DNA of 64,000 nucleotides, taken from the IMG/VR virus record IMGVR_UViG_3300028624_000004, positions 113,541-177,540 of that record; one strand, 5' to 3'. The position numbers were made by a program, and so were the translations under genes. Shown piece after piece: positions 55,702 to 64,000 of the stretch. The notes beneath the pieces are model-generated. The model was not told where the DNA came from. It was given only the letters and a program-made list of their open reading frames with translations, and made no database searches. Origin of the DNA: a virus. Lineage: Duplodnaviria; Caudoviricetes. Numbering within the stretch: position 1 is the first letter of the stretch; the number at the start of each line of letters is the position of its first letter.

Positions 55702-56574
55702 TTATTTATCAGGCTGAAGATTCTCTATAAGCGCCTCTTTATGTTTCTGCCATTGCTCTTCTGCTATCTTTTCCATGAGTGCAAAATCCTGACAATCAAG
55801 AGGAAGAGAAGTTGGTGGGGCAATGTAATGATTATTAAACCCCAGAAGGGTATGAGCCTGATACTCTTCCATTCCTGTAGCAGCATACATCGCAACTTCT
55901 ATTGCTTTAGGTGCCCATTCCAGTAAACCACGAATTCCACATGCTTTTGAATATCCCTCAAGAGTATCACATGCTATATTGACATTATAAAGATTCTCAA
56001 GAGTTGCTCCGGATCTTATAACTTCTGATATCACACACATACTTGGGTTGTTGCAAGCCATTCCACCGTCAATAAAACATTCTCCATTTATTTCATATGG
56101 GTTGAAATAGGTTGGTGCTGCTGAAGATGCCAAAACCACATCAACGGAACTAATATCATCTTTCCACGACTTCCAGAACTTTGGTTTTATACTTTTCCCA
56201 CTGATGTTAACGGCATATGCCATATACTTGGTTTTCGAAGTGTTGATTGGGAAGTTTATATATTTCCTAACAATTTCCTGTAAGGAGTCTCGGCTGTATT
56301 TTGCACGAAATAAAGAAGTAATAAACCAACGTTTATTAGAAAAAATCTTAGGAATAAACTCACGATATAATTCAACGGTTTCCTTGGCAGAATAACCTTT
56401 AGCTAACATAGCTCCAATAATAGAGCCAGTTGAGACTCCACCTATCATGTCAAATAGCTGATATGTTTTATACTTATTATCAAATGCTTCTTCAAGACGC
56501 ATAAGTATATAAGCAGACATATACCCCTTGGAGCCACCACCATTTAGAGATAATGTTTTCATATCTTCCTCCAA
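55702..56574 (-). CDS. Patatin-like phospholipase
   Basis: LSLNGGGSKG, GGVSTG, ASSAAPTYF, IDGG. Confidence 0.92.
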   Translation of the reverse strand: MEEDMKTLSLNGGGSKGYMSAYILMRLEEAFDNKYKTYQLFDMIGGVSTGSIIGAMLAKGYSAKETVELYREFIPKIFSNKRWFITSLFRAKYSRDSLQEIVRKYINFPINTSKTKYMAYAVNISGKSIKPKFWKSWKDDISSVDVVLASSAAPTYFNPYEINGECFIDGGMACNNPSMCVISEVIRSGATLENLYNVNIACDTLEGYSKACGIRGLLEWAPKAIEVAMYAATGMEEYQAHTLLGFNNHYIAPPTSLPLDCQDFALMEKIAEEQWQKHKEALIENLQPDK

Positions 56575-56577
56575 TTC

Positions 56578-57129
56578 TTATTTATCGTATAGGTATTGAT
56601 GTAGATCTTTACAATCAAGAATTTCTTCGACTATATACTTATGCAATGATTTTTCTGTTGGTATCATTGTCTTATAGTAATTGTCGAATTCCTCATCCCA
56701 CATGGGGAGAATTCCCGGTGGTTTGTCCATTCCAATAGATATGGAGTACTTTTTCTGCATTGGGTAAACGATATGGACAATATAGGTTCTTTCAAGAGAA
56801 CCAAGATACCAGCATTGAAAATCTATCATGCAAATGGTTTTGGGACTTCTTCTTTTCTTTCCATCCACTCTTTCAACATGGGTAAGAATAGCATCAGCCA
56901 CATAATCAACCACTACTTCAAGTGCAGAATCAATATTTTGATGGATAAAGGGATAATGATCGTATGTCGGCAATGGTGATTTCTTACGGTGGTTGATGAC
57001 GAATGTTGGTCTATAGTCAAACAAATAAATTTCTTTTTCAAGCTTCATAAGCTTGCTCGTAGTATCTTCTATGGCATCTCTGAGAGCCTCGTTCTGCTTC
57101 TCTACTTCTTTGGTGTATGCGTCTTTCAT
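56578..57129 (-). CDS. Coiled-coil-leader family protein
   Basis: MKDAYTKEVEKQNEALRDAIE. Confidence 0.75.
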   Translation of the reverse strand: MKDAYTKEVEKQNEALRDAIEDTTSKLMKLEKEIYLFDYRPTFVINHRKKSPLPTYDHYPFIHQNIDSALEVVVDYVADAILTHVERVDGKKRRSPKTICMIDFQCWYLGSLERTYIVHIVYPMQKKYSISIGMDKPPGILPMWDEEFDNYYKTMIPTEKSLHKYIVEEILDCKDLHQYLYDK

Positions 57130-57581
57130 TTACCCTCCCCAACAACTCGAATAAGCTCACCCGTGCGTCCCAACGTCAAGAGGTTCTTGACCGAACCATC
57201 AACACATCTAGTTTGACCGAACCTGATTATGTCAATGTTCCAGCTTCTTATAGTGTCAACTTCATGGATGGGAACGGGAATTATCCTTCTCAGATAAGAA
57301 GAGTCTGAGTGGACTGGTGACGATTCCGCTTGAAATACGAATGACGCAACTTCTTCTTTGAGATACTTATGAGCATCTTCATAGTTACTGAAATATGCTA
57401 TATCATAGTTACATAAAGTTTTTGTTGTTATGGCAACTTTATAGAACTTCTCTTGTAGCTCCTTCACACGCTCCTTGAGATGCTCTTCGCGAATCTCAGC
57501 ACCTTCAAGCTTATCACGAAGCAAATCCACTAATGCTTCTAAGTCCTTGTTATATACTTCAGGATGGCTTGAATGTAACAT
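57126..57581 (-). CDS. Coiled-coil-leader family protein
   Basis: VYNKDLEALVDLLRDKLE. Confidence 0.7.
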   Translation of the reverse strand: MLHSSHPEVYNKDLEALVDLLRDKLEGAEIREEHLKERVKELQEKFYKVAITTKTLCNYDIAYFSNYEDAHKYLKEEVASFVFQAESSPVHSDSSYLRRIIPVPIHEVDTIRSWNIDIIRFGQTRCVDGSVKNLLTLGRTGELIRVVGEGK

Positions 57582-58032
57582 TGAATGCCTTTTTTCTTGG
57601 ATCATAGTACATAGCCTCGTTCTTGTCTTCAAATACTCTGAATCCATCATACCACATTCTACCATCTATTTCTTTGTTTTTTGCTCCACTTATGAAAGAA
57701 ATCTGATACATGATATTGGCTCTCTTTATTCCCATGACTCTGGATATTTCTGACCTAACACTATTATAGCACCAATACTTTTCATAATGGGCGTTGATAA
57801 ACTTGACACACTCAGATTGTCTGGAATGGGCAAATACAGGAAGGGTTACATACCCACTCTTCTTGTTACCCAAGAGAATTGATACCAGTCTAACTTCACC
57901 CCTGTCGTAGTGATACGACATCGCATCTCTTTCTTTGACTAATGTATCTTTCTCCTGCTCAACCCTTTCTATATGGTCGCGGAGCTTCTCATTTTCTTCT
58001 TCGATACTTTTGATGTAGTTGAGGTCAGTCAT
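57559..58032 (-). CDS. Coiled-coil-leader family protein
   Basis: MTDLNYIKSIEEENEKLRDHIE. Confidence 0.75.
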   Translation of the reverse strand: MTDLNYIKSIEEENEKLRDHIERVEQEKDTLVKERDAMSYHYDRGEVRLVSILLGNKKSGYVTLPVFAHSRQSECVKFINAHYEKYWCYNSVRSEISRVMGIKRANIMYQISFISGAKNKEIDGRMWYDGFRVFEDKNEAMYYDPRKKAFNVTFKPS

Positions 58033-58373
58033 CGGTATTTACTCAGTTTCTCAAATGCTTCTTGTATTTTCTTATTCAGACTCTCAAGGTCGTAGGTGTT
58101 TGTTTCATATTTCTTACGCATGTCAACGTGTGGTTCACACTCTACTCCAATTTTAGAAAGAGCCAAATATTCTTCTTCTGTAATGTCTTTGTTATTCGAA
58201 CCACCCCTTACAATTACACTATAAGTCTTCTTCCCTTTCATATCTGTCGTAGATGATAATAGAAGTAATCTGTTGATCTGCTCGAAACAAACAAGAAATC
58301 CATCAATTCTTTCAGTTAAGTATTCATTTTGCTTTTCGATATTTTTAACATATTCATCGTCATAGTTACTCAT
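58029..58373 (-). CDS. Coiled-coil-leader family protein
   Basis: MSNYDDEYVKNIEKQNEYLTERI. Confidence 0.75.
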   Translation of the reverse strand: MSNYDDEYVKNIEKQNEYLTERIDGFLVCFEQINRLLLLSSTTDMKGKKTYSVIVRGGSNNKDITEEEYLALSKIGVECEPHVDMRKKYETNTYDLESLNKKIQEAFEKLSKYR

Positions 58374-58764
58374 TTGTTTCTTCCTTATTCTTACGAAGCT
58401 CTTCCATTTGCTTTTGATGTTCCAATACCTTCTCAACTTCTTTCTCTATTTCCTCTTGGTTTAAGGCATTTCGTATTATGGGCATGGCTATATTGCCGAA
58501 GTTGGTCGGAAACTCGGGGAACTCCATGGGAGTTACTATCTGAGCGTCTATTCCAACCAACACCAACACTTCTTCATCGACAAGTGGTATCATTTCACGA
58601 AGGGGTCTAAGACGTAAGAAGAACCTTCCTTCTTTATCTTTTTTCACTTCCATATTATCCCGAATCAGCTTATGTAGAGTAGCATCCTGTTTCTCCATGT
58701 TGCTCCTAAGCTTCTCGTTCTCAGCTTCCAGTTGCTTGATGTAATTTGCAGTTGCGTCATCCAT
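58366..58764 (-). CDS. Coiled-coil-leader family protein
   Basis: MDDATANYIKQLEAENEKLR. Confidence 0.75.
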   Translation of the reverse strand: MDDATANYIKQLEAENEKLRSNMEKQDATLHKLIRDNMEVKKDKEGRFFLRLRPLREMIPLVDEEVLVLVGIDAQIVTPMEFPEFPTNFGNIAMPIIRNALNQEEIEKEVEKVLEHQKQMEELRKNKEETNE

Positions 58765-58774
58765 AGTATTTCCT

Positions 58775-59218
58775 TTATAGATCAATCTTTTCTGTTTCTG
58801 GCGCGAATCCAAAAGTCCTGTTTTGAAATATGCTCCATTGTCCAGTGTTATTGTTTTTTATAGCAAATTTCATTGCCTGAATCTTACTCTCCAAATCGTT
58901 TAGCCAGATTTTTTTCATTATTGGGTATAACATTGGCATTCTTTTATAAGTATATTCACTATTGGGATGCCATTGAATTGACCAAACAGCTATATTATAA
59001 TCCGGACTTCTCCGTGTTCCTCGACATGTTTTATTGTTTATATCACTTGATAAGAGCAAATTTGTTATGTCTTTTTTAAATTCTTGAAGGTCGGAGGCAG
59101 TAGCATGATATTTTCTTTTAGTATCATCACATTCTATTATCTGCTTCTCAAGAGCATCTCTAAGCTTCTCGTTCTCGGCTTCCAGTAGCTTTTCATAGAT
59201 AGTCGTAGCTTCGGGCAT
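58775..59218 (-). CDS. Coiled-coil-leader family protein
   Basis: MPEATTIYEKLLEAENEKLRDALE; ATG 6 nt after TTGACT-N17-TAGAAT. Confidence 0.75.
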   Translation of the reverse strand: MPEATTIYEKLLEAENEKLRDALEKQIIECDDTKRKYHATASDLQEFKKDITNLLLSSDINNKTCRGTRRSPDYNIAVWSIQWHPNSEYTYKRMPMLYPIMKKIWLNDLESKIQAMKFAIKNNNTGQWSIFQNRTFGFAPETEKIDL

Positions 59219-59245
59219 ATGTCCATTCTATCATGGGTTATGGTA

Positions 59246-59440
59246 TTAGTCAAATATGTGATGACATCTCATATAATATTCACCCGTTTCTTTCCAGTAG
59301 ACATAGGCTTGCCTTTTTCTATTATTGTACGATTTACCAGCTAATACCTCTTTGTATTGCCTCGACCCGATATGGTTATTGAACATATAGTCTCTTCCAT
59401 ATACTCCCCATTTGCCTTTTTTCTTATACAGAGTTGTCAT
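59246..59440 (-). CDS. Small paralog (…HNRKRQ/NNRKRQ…HIFD family)
   Basis: Paralog of 59469-59666. Confidence 0.65.
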   Translation of the reverse strand: MTTLYKKKGKWGVYGRDYMFNNHIGSRQYKEVLAGKSYNNRKRQAYVYWKETGEYYMRCHHIFD

Positions 59441-59468
59441 TATTCACATTCTACCATAATTGTCGGTG

Positions 59469-59666
59469 TTAGTCAAATATATGCTCATATCTCATGTAGT
59501 GACTTCCCAAGTGCTTCCAATCCCAATGCCTTTGTCTTTTTCTGTTGTGGCTGCATATCGTAGGAAACGCTCTATGAAATAGACGGGAGCATCTGTGATT
59601 GGTGAACATATATTGTCTTCCGGATAATATACCAAATATATCTTTGTTTCCACAGAGTTTTGACAT
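59469..59666 (-). CDS. Small paralog (…HIFD family)
   Basis: GRQYMFTNH...HNRKRQ...YMRYEHIFD. Confidence 0.65.
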   Translation of the reverse strand: MSKLCGNKDIFGILSGRQYMFTNHRCSRLFHRAFPTICSHNRKRQRHWDWKHLGSHYMRYEHIFD

Positions 59667-60119
59667 TCATTCACCATACTTCTTTCTTTTTATTGACTTG
59701 TCAGTGATCGTCTTATATTCCTCGCCAGTACAATACACTCGTCCCCGACTTAGCTTGTATATAGAAAAGGCTTGATTACCTTTTGCTTTACAAGTCCTAA
59801 AATCAATATCCCACACTATTCTTGCTGTCATTGCATTCTTATCTTTCTTATACGCATAACACAACATTGATACAATAAGGGAGGTATCCTTTCCAATCAT
59901 ATCAGTGTGGATGAAGTCTATCCATCTCCTACATTCGCCTTTATCAAGCGTATAATCAGACTGAAGAATAGTCCCGTCTTTATTACATATCCATCTCTCA
60001 TAAGAAAATATATTACGCTTCTGTTCAATCTCGTTGGTCAACAGGGCAGACTCCAAGGAAGCTTTGAGCTTCTCGTTCTCGGCTTCAAGCTGCTTGATAT
60101 AAAAATCTAAATCTCCCAT
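59667..60119 (-). CDS. Coiled-coil-leader family protein
   Basis: MGDLDFYIKQLEAENEKLKASLE. Confidence 0.75.
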   Translation of the reverse strand: MGDLDFYIKQLEAENEKLKASLESALLTNEIEQKRNIFSYERWICNKDGTILQSDYTLDKGECRRWIDFIHTDMIGKDTSLIVSMLCYAYKKDKNAMTARIVWDIDFRTCKAKGNQAFSIYKLSRGRVYCTGEEYKTITDKSIKRKKYGE

Positions 60120-60367
60120 AAGCCAATCCTCTGGAGTTGCATATTATCGGTGTCTTGATTTACATCGCAAGTGTTGTTTCTCTTCAACTTGGAGAACCTT
60201 TTCCAATCCTTTTGAAATTTCTTTTTATATCCGACAATGTTGTATTCAAATATAAACTGAGTATAATTCTCGAAGCTGCGGAGCCATAGAGGAACCTTGA
60301 CCGTCAAACGACTCCAGCCTTCCATTTGACCCAGAGATAGCTGCTTACGGATTACTTTTATTTTCAT
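60107..60367 (-). CDS. Hypothetical protein
   Basis: ATGA overlap chain. Confidence 0.55.
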   Translation of the reverse strand: MKIKVIRKQLSLGQMEGWSRLTVKVPLWLRSFENYTQFIFEYNIVGYKKKFQKDWKRFSKLKRNNTCDVNQDTDNMQLQRIGLWEI

Positions 60368-60828
60368 TTGGACATTTTAGGGTGGTTTGATTTTATATCT
60401 TCCAGAAATTTCTTAGCAATCGCTTCAGTATTCTGGATTTCTATTTGTTCTGTCATCCACATAATAGCATTTTCGTTTATCGTCTTCAAGTCTTTTGGGC
60501 GAGTGTTCTCAACTCTCTCCTTTCCAAACCCAAGAGAATACTCACATGCACGCATGGCTGATGTAAGTGTCAACTCTCGGTTAGGTTCGCTCCAGTACCA
60601 TTCCTTTCGATCAAACCTGATGACATAGCACCTGTAATTACCCATAAATGATTGGACAATAACCGCAAGACAGAAGTTTCCTAAGCAGAGTCGATAATTT
60701 ACCTCAGAGCCGTTTATCTCTTCTTTCCAAGTAGCTCCACAATAGTCAATAGTCTCTTGGGCAGCTTCAAGCTGGCGACGAAGTTTCTCGTTCTCTTCTT
60801 CAAGTTGCTTGGTGTAGATATCGGTCAT
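60364..60828 (-). CDS. Coiled-coil-leader family protein
   Basis: MTDIYTKQLEEENEKLRRQLE. Confidence 0.75.
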   Translation of the reverse strand: MTDIYTKQLEEENEKLRRQLEAAQETIDYCGATWKEEINGSEVNYRLCLGNFCLAVIVQSFMGNYRCYVIRFDRKEWYWSEPNRELTLTSAMRACEYSLGFGKERVENTRPKDLKTINENAIMWMTEQIEIQNTEAIAKKFLEDIKSNHPKMSK

Positions 60829-61109
60829 TTCTTTCGGTATCCTGCTTCTGCTTTGGCTTCTTCAATGCAGTCGTTGACTATTTTTTGAATAAAGATGTTA
60901 TTTTTGGTGCGACGAATAGGGGCAACAATTTCCACATATTTTTCGTCTATTCGGGTGTGATTCAATACATTCTTAGACGGCGTATACATCGTAGCCAGAT
61001 GGTCTATGATAAGGTCATAGCACCCAGACTTGAGTCCGTTTTCCTCAAGCTTCTTGCGAAGCTTCTCATTTTCTTCTTCAAGCTGTTTGACATAGGTTTC
61101 GTCTATCAT
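60825..61109 (-). CDS. Coiled-coil-leader family protein
   Basis: MIDETYVKQLEEENEKLRKKLE. Confidence 0.75.
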   Translation of the reverse strand: MIDETYVKQLEEENEKLRKKLEENGLKSGCYDLIIDHLATMYTPSKNVLNHTRIDEKYVEIVAPIRRTKNNIFIQKIVNDCIEEAKAEAGYRKK

Positions 61110-61429
61110 CCCCACACCTTCTTTCTTTCGCCTGTTATTACGTCAAGCGAGTAGATGTCAAGTATGAGACTAAGACCAGCGTATTCGCTTTTAGCATAAT
61201 CTTGGTCAACACTAACCAATAGTCGCATTCTTCCACCCATATGAAGAAAAGCTATAAAGACATCTTCAATCGTCTTGAAGTATCTTTTGTTGTCCTCTAA
61301 TTGAATCAGGTTGTCGCCCTTTGGTTTGACATAATACAACAGATTTTCCTTGACAAGCAATTTGTCAATGACTTTATTTAGTCCCTCTATATGGGCTTCA
61401 AGCTGTTTGACATACTCTTCATCGACCAC
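61106..61429 (-). CDS. Coiled-coil-leader family protein
   Basis: GTG start after AGGAG; VDEEYVKQLEAHIEGL. Confidence 0.7.
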   Translation of the reverse strand: MVDEEYVKQLEAHIEGLNKVIDKLLVKENLLYYVKPKGDNLIQLEDNKRYFKTIEDVFIAFLHMGGRMRLLVSVDQDYAKSEYAGLSLILDIYSLDVITGERKKVWG

Positions 61430-61988
61430 GAGGAATACTCCTGTAAGAACGAATGCTTCTGATGTAATCATCGACTTCATCAAGTGGACACAGCCCAAGC
61501 ATGTTCACGAAGTCCGGAAGAACCTTGGCATAGTCCCAGTTAGGGCTAAGACAGATGACCACGGAGTTTATATTTCTTAGGCTTATATCTTCTATTCCAA
61601 GCCTAGTCTTGTACTTTAGAGGATAATCTTTCTTCTTTCCATATGGGTTACACAACCCGTTTCTCTGTCTGATACACTCGGTGTAGCTTGGATACCTCCA
61701 CTCAAACTCCTTGACACTCTTGGGCATGAAGTTACCCCAGGTTCCTTCATTTAACTCATCACCAGAATCGACAACTATATCGTTATGGAAGTCTATATTA
61801 ATAACCTTTTTGGTTCCTTTTGGAATAAGACCATATTCTACAATGGCATCATGATACTTGATGACATGGGAATACTTGACGCTATCCATTAGTTGCCTAA
61901 TGAAACATGAAGCTGCTCGGAGGTCGGACAACGATGGATTGCGGTTGGTCCAATAGTCAAGGTCAACCGTGACGAGAGTATGGGGCAT
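61419..61988 (-). CDS. UPF0489/arginase-fold-like protein
   Basis: VDLDYW, HDAI, INIDFHND, NEGTW, ICLSPNW. Confidence 0.6.
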   Translation of the reverse strand: MPHTLVTVDLDYWTNRNPSLSDLRAASCFIRQLMDSVKYSHVIKYHDAIVEYGLIPKGTKKVINIDFHNDIVVDSGDELNEGTWGNFMPKSVKEFEWRYPSYTECIRQRNGLCNPYGKKKDYPLKYKTRLGIEDISLRNINSVVICLSPNWDYAKVLPDFVNMLGLCPLDEVDDYIRSIRSYRSIPRGR

Positions 61989-62018
61989 GCTTTATCATAA
62001 CAACGGATTTACCAAAAG

Positions 62019-62052
62019 CAAGGGGAGAGCCTCATAAGAAGCTCTCCCCTTT
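62019..62052 (-). terminator. Rho-independent terminator after Ro60/TROVE gene
   Basis: aggggagagc-N10-gctctcccct. Confidence 0.8.
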
Positions 62053-62072
62053 ATATCACAGATGTTTTTCTT

Positions 62073-63680
62073 TTACTGCTTCTGCTCGTACATCTTTGAC
62101 ATTTGAGCAGCGTAACGAATCACCCCATCAGACCAGCCTCCTAGTATGAAGGTTCGGTCATAGTTCTCCGGAACCAGCGTATCAGTGTACGAAGCAACCT
62201 GAACCAAATAAACCATGACCTTCGGGTTGATCTTGCGATACTCCTTGATCAGCTTAGGAACGTGGATATGGTTACTTCCCTTCCAACCATATTCCTTCAT
62301 ATACTGACGAGAACATGCTTCAGTTCCGTACAAGCCACCGTGTCCAGCCTGCATGTCGCTGTAGATGAAGATATGATCCCAATGCTCCTTCTCCTTGATT
62401 GCCTTGTCGAAGAACAACCAGATTCCGTTCTCGGTGCTTCCACCGATCCCATCACCAAGGTTGTTAGCCTTCTTCAAGTCATCGAAGATGGATGAAGACT
62501 TGCGAACCGCGAAGGTTTCAAGCTTGTCACCGAAGACACCAACATGTCCGTTCTCGGCGCACTTTGCAGTGACAACTGCGGTAAGGTTGGCAATCTCGGA
62601 TACCTTGACACTACCATAGGCAGAAGTCATGGTTCCATGAGCAGATCCGGAGTTGTCACAGAGCGACATGACATTACCCTTGAACTGCGGAAGGTTCTTG
62701 AGAGAAATCTTCATGCAGTCTTCAACGGCATCCATGACAGATGACTTACCCTGCGATTCGACTGCCTTGAAGGCACTCCAGTAACGGAACGGAAGCTGCT
62801 TTCCAGTCTCGGCAGTTGCAACAAGCTTATCCAAGTAGACACTGGTATCTACACCCTTCTCTTGGAAGTTACGCAAGTTGCGAAGCAGAGCCATGTGACC
62901 CATGACTTCGACAGCCTTGGTCCAAGTCTCCTTGGTCGATCCCTCCTTGGAGATGATCGCTTCCCAAGTCTCTCCACTGGACTTCAACTCGCCCTTGGCG
63001 AGCTTACCGATAGCATCAGACTTTGGGTGACAGATGTTCATGACATCGACGGTCTTTACTTGATGTCCCTCAAGACGATACTTCGCAAGCGAGTACTCAC
63101 TGCAAGCGGAGAGCGCCTTTGCCCAAGCCTTCTTCAAGGAGTTAGGAATTGGCTTACCAAATGCGGACTTCTGGTAGGCAAGTCCCGTTGCTGGCTCGTC
63201 TGCACGCTTGATGATTTCTGGAGCATACTTCTGAACCAATCCAAGTCCCTTAGCAGACTTGTGGTTAGCAGCACGAACGAGAATGACCTGTGGAGTAACA
63301 CGGATGTTGTCCTCGTTACGAAGAGCAACAGCGACCTTGAGAGTCTCTTCGACATTGAACGCAAGAGCCTCGTCAATCGTCTTCTCCATGATTTCCTTCG
63401 GAGACATACCACGCCACTCCTGCGGGTCGATAGCGTCGAGTACGCTACGAAGCTCCTTCACATCGGCATCGGAGAGGCGATAGTCAGGGGCGTGACGAAC
63501 CTTACGCTTGTCATCGGCGTCTCGGTTATAGTATTGGGGCTCACCGAAAAAGCACGACGAAGCGGCTATACGGAGCTTGTTAAGTGGGTTCTTGATATCC
63601 CAACTGGTCCCACCCATATAATTGAGATGAGAGTCCTTGGTGATGTCAACTGGAATCTTCTTTGGGTTAATGCAATTCAT
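62073..63680 (-). CDS. Ro60/TROVE-domain RNA-binding protein with C-terminal vWA domain
   Basis: R....IRVTPQ, PIPNSLKKA, EYSLAKY, HPK, TWE, MALLRNLRN, QLPFRY, DNSGS MIDAS, SDMQ. Confidence 0.92.
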   Translation of the reverse strand: MNCINPKKIPVDITKDSHLNYMGGTSWDIKNPLNKLRIAASSCFFGEPQYYNRDADDKRKVRHAPDYRLSDADVKELRSVLDAIDPQEWRGMSPKEIMEKTIDEALAFNVEETLKVAVALRNEDNIRVTPQVILVRAANHKSAKGLGLVQKYAPEIIKRADEPATGLAYQKSAFGKPIPNSLKKAWAKALSACSEYSLAKYRLEGHQVKTVDVMNICHPKSDAIGKLAKGELKSSGETWEAIISKEGSTKETWTKAVEVMGHMALLRNLRNFQEKGVDTSVYLDKLVATAETGKQLPFRYWSAFKAVESQGKSSVMDAVEDCMKISLKNLPQFKGNVMSLCDNSGSAHGTMTSAYGSVKVSEIANLTAVVTAKCAENGHVGVFGDKLETFAVRKSSSIFDDLKKANNLGDGIGGSTENGIWLFFDKAIKEKEHWDHIFIYSDMQAGHGGLYGTEACSRQYMKEYGWKGSNHIHVPKLIKEYRKINPKVMVYLVQVASYTDTLVPENYDRTFILGGWSDGVIRYAAQMSKMYEQKQ

Positions 63681-63772
63681 ATATTTACTGCCTTGTGAAA
63701 GGAGGTTAATTGTAGTGTCAAGCAGAGTTGCTCAACAGATTATATTCTACCACATGTTTTCTAAAAAGTCAA
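63681..63772 (-). promoter_or_regulatory. Sigma70-like promoter and two-hairpin 5' leader of Ro60 gene
   Basis: TTGACT-N17-TAGAAT; TGTTGAGCA-actc-TGCTTGACA; CTCCTT-tcac-AAGGCAG covering the SD. Confidence 0.6.
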
Positions 63773-64000
63773 TACATTCTTCTGTTACTCGGGTCCATAA
63801 TATCAACTATAGTTGTCATAACTTCTGTCAAGTCATTTTGAAGACGATCATGGAGAACCTGATCGACTTTTCCATCTATCATATACAAGCGTCGATTTAC
63901 CTCAATCATATATGTAGATCCAATTTCCCCGTTATAGTCGCATGGATATATAGACCCAGAATAGGGAATGTTGGCGAAAACCTTGTAGCCCTTTTGTTCA
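63769..64000 (-). CDS. N-formylglutamate amidohydrolase-like protein, C-terminal part (truncated by window edge)
   Basis: ...KVFANIPYSGSIYP...YMIEVNRRLYM...*; not in ORF track. Confidence 0.65.
   Translation of the reverse strand, partial: EQKGYKVFANIPYSGSIYPCDYNGEIGSTYMIEVNRRLYMIDGKVDQVLHDRLQNDLTEVMTTIVDIMDPSNRRMY

Noticed and set aside
55702-56574. CBASS system with CapV-like patatin effector
   Set aside because: No adjacent CD-NTase; the nucleotidyltransferase at 47349 is distant and of the CCA/poly(A) type
56578-61429. Diversity-generating retroelement or integron as the source of the array
   Set aside because: No reverse transcriptase, integrase, adenine-specific TR/VR pair or attC-like palindromes seen in the window
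62862-63698. 278-aa plus-strand ORF, and AGGAGG at 63700
   Set aside because: Antisense to Ro60; the AGGAGG is better read as the anti-SD of the minus-strand leader

Overview
This window is a 64-kb segment of a large T4-like (jumbo-type) dsDNA phage genome using the standard genetic code. It is densely packed, mostly on the minus strand after about 17 kb, and has T4-type late promoters (TATAAATA/GATAAATA) and many sigma70-like early promoters. Recognisable genes: the 3' end of thyA, folA, a degenerate ThyX-fold gene, an Acb1/T4-57B-like 2H phosphoesterase, an LpxH-like hydrolase, and a two-component system (histidine kinase plus receiver). Also present are several free-standing homing endonucleases, an IS200/IS605-type tnpB element, two DNA methyltransferases with nuclease/helicase neighbours, a macro domain, a pyrimidine-dimer glycosylase, a nucleotidyltransferase, a HipA-like kinase, two HAD phosphatases, a patatin and a Ro60/TROVE protein. 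The most striking unexplained signal is a family of about 17 otherwise unrelated genes that all carry the same ~20-aa coiled-coil module (Y-x-K-x-L/I-E-x-E-N-E-K-L-R) at or near their N-terminus. One copy is fused out of frame to a truncated paralog, suggesting a shuffled constant-tag/variable-payload adaptor system. Other highlights: late-expressed enzymes sharing a capsid-targeting-like L-x-E-S-W leader, a nuclease-helicase-methylase apparently split into three separately promoted genes, an in-frame DNA ligase/intein/prenyltransferase-like chimera, and widespread apparent leaderless genes. I found no tRNA, rRNA or CRISPR array. All calls come from reading motifs by eye; no database searches were run.
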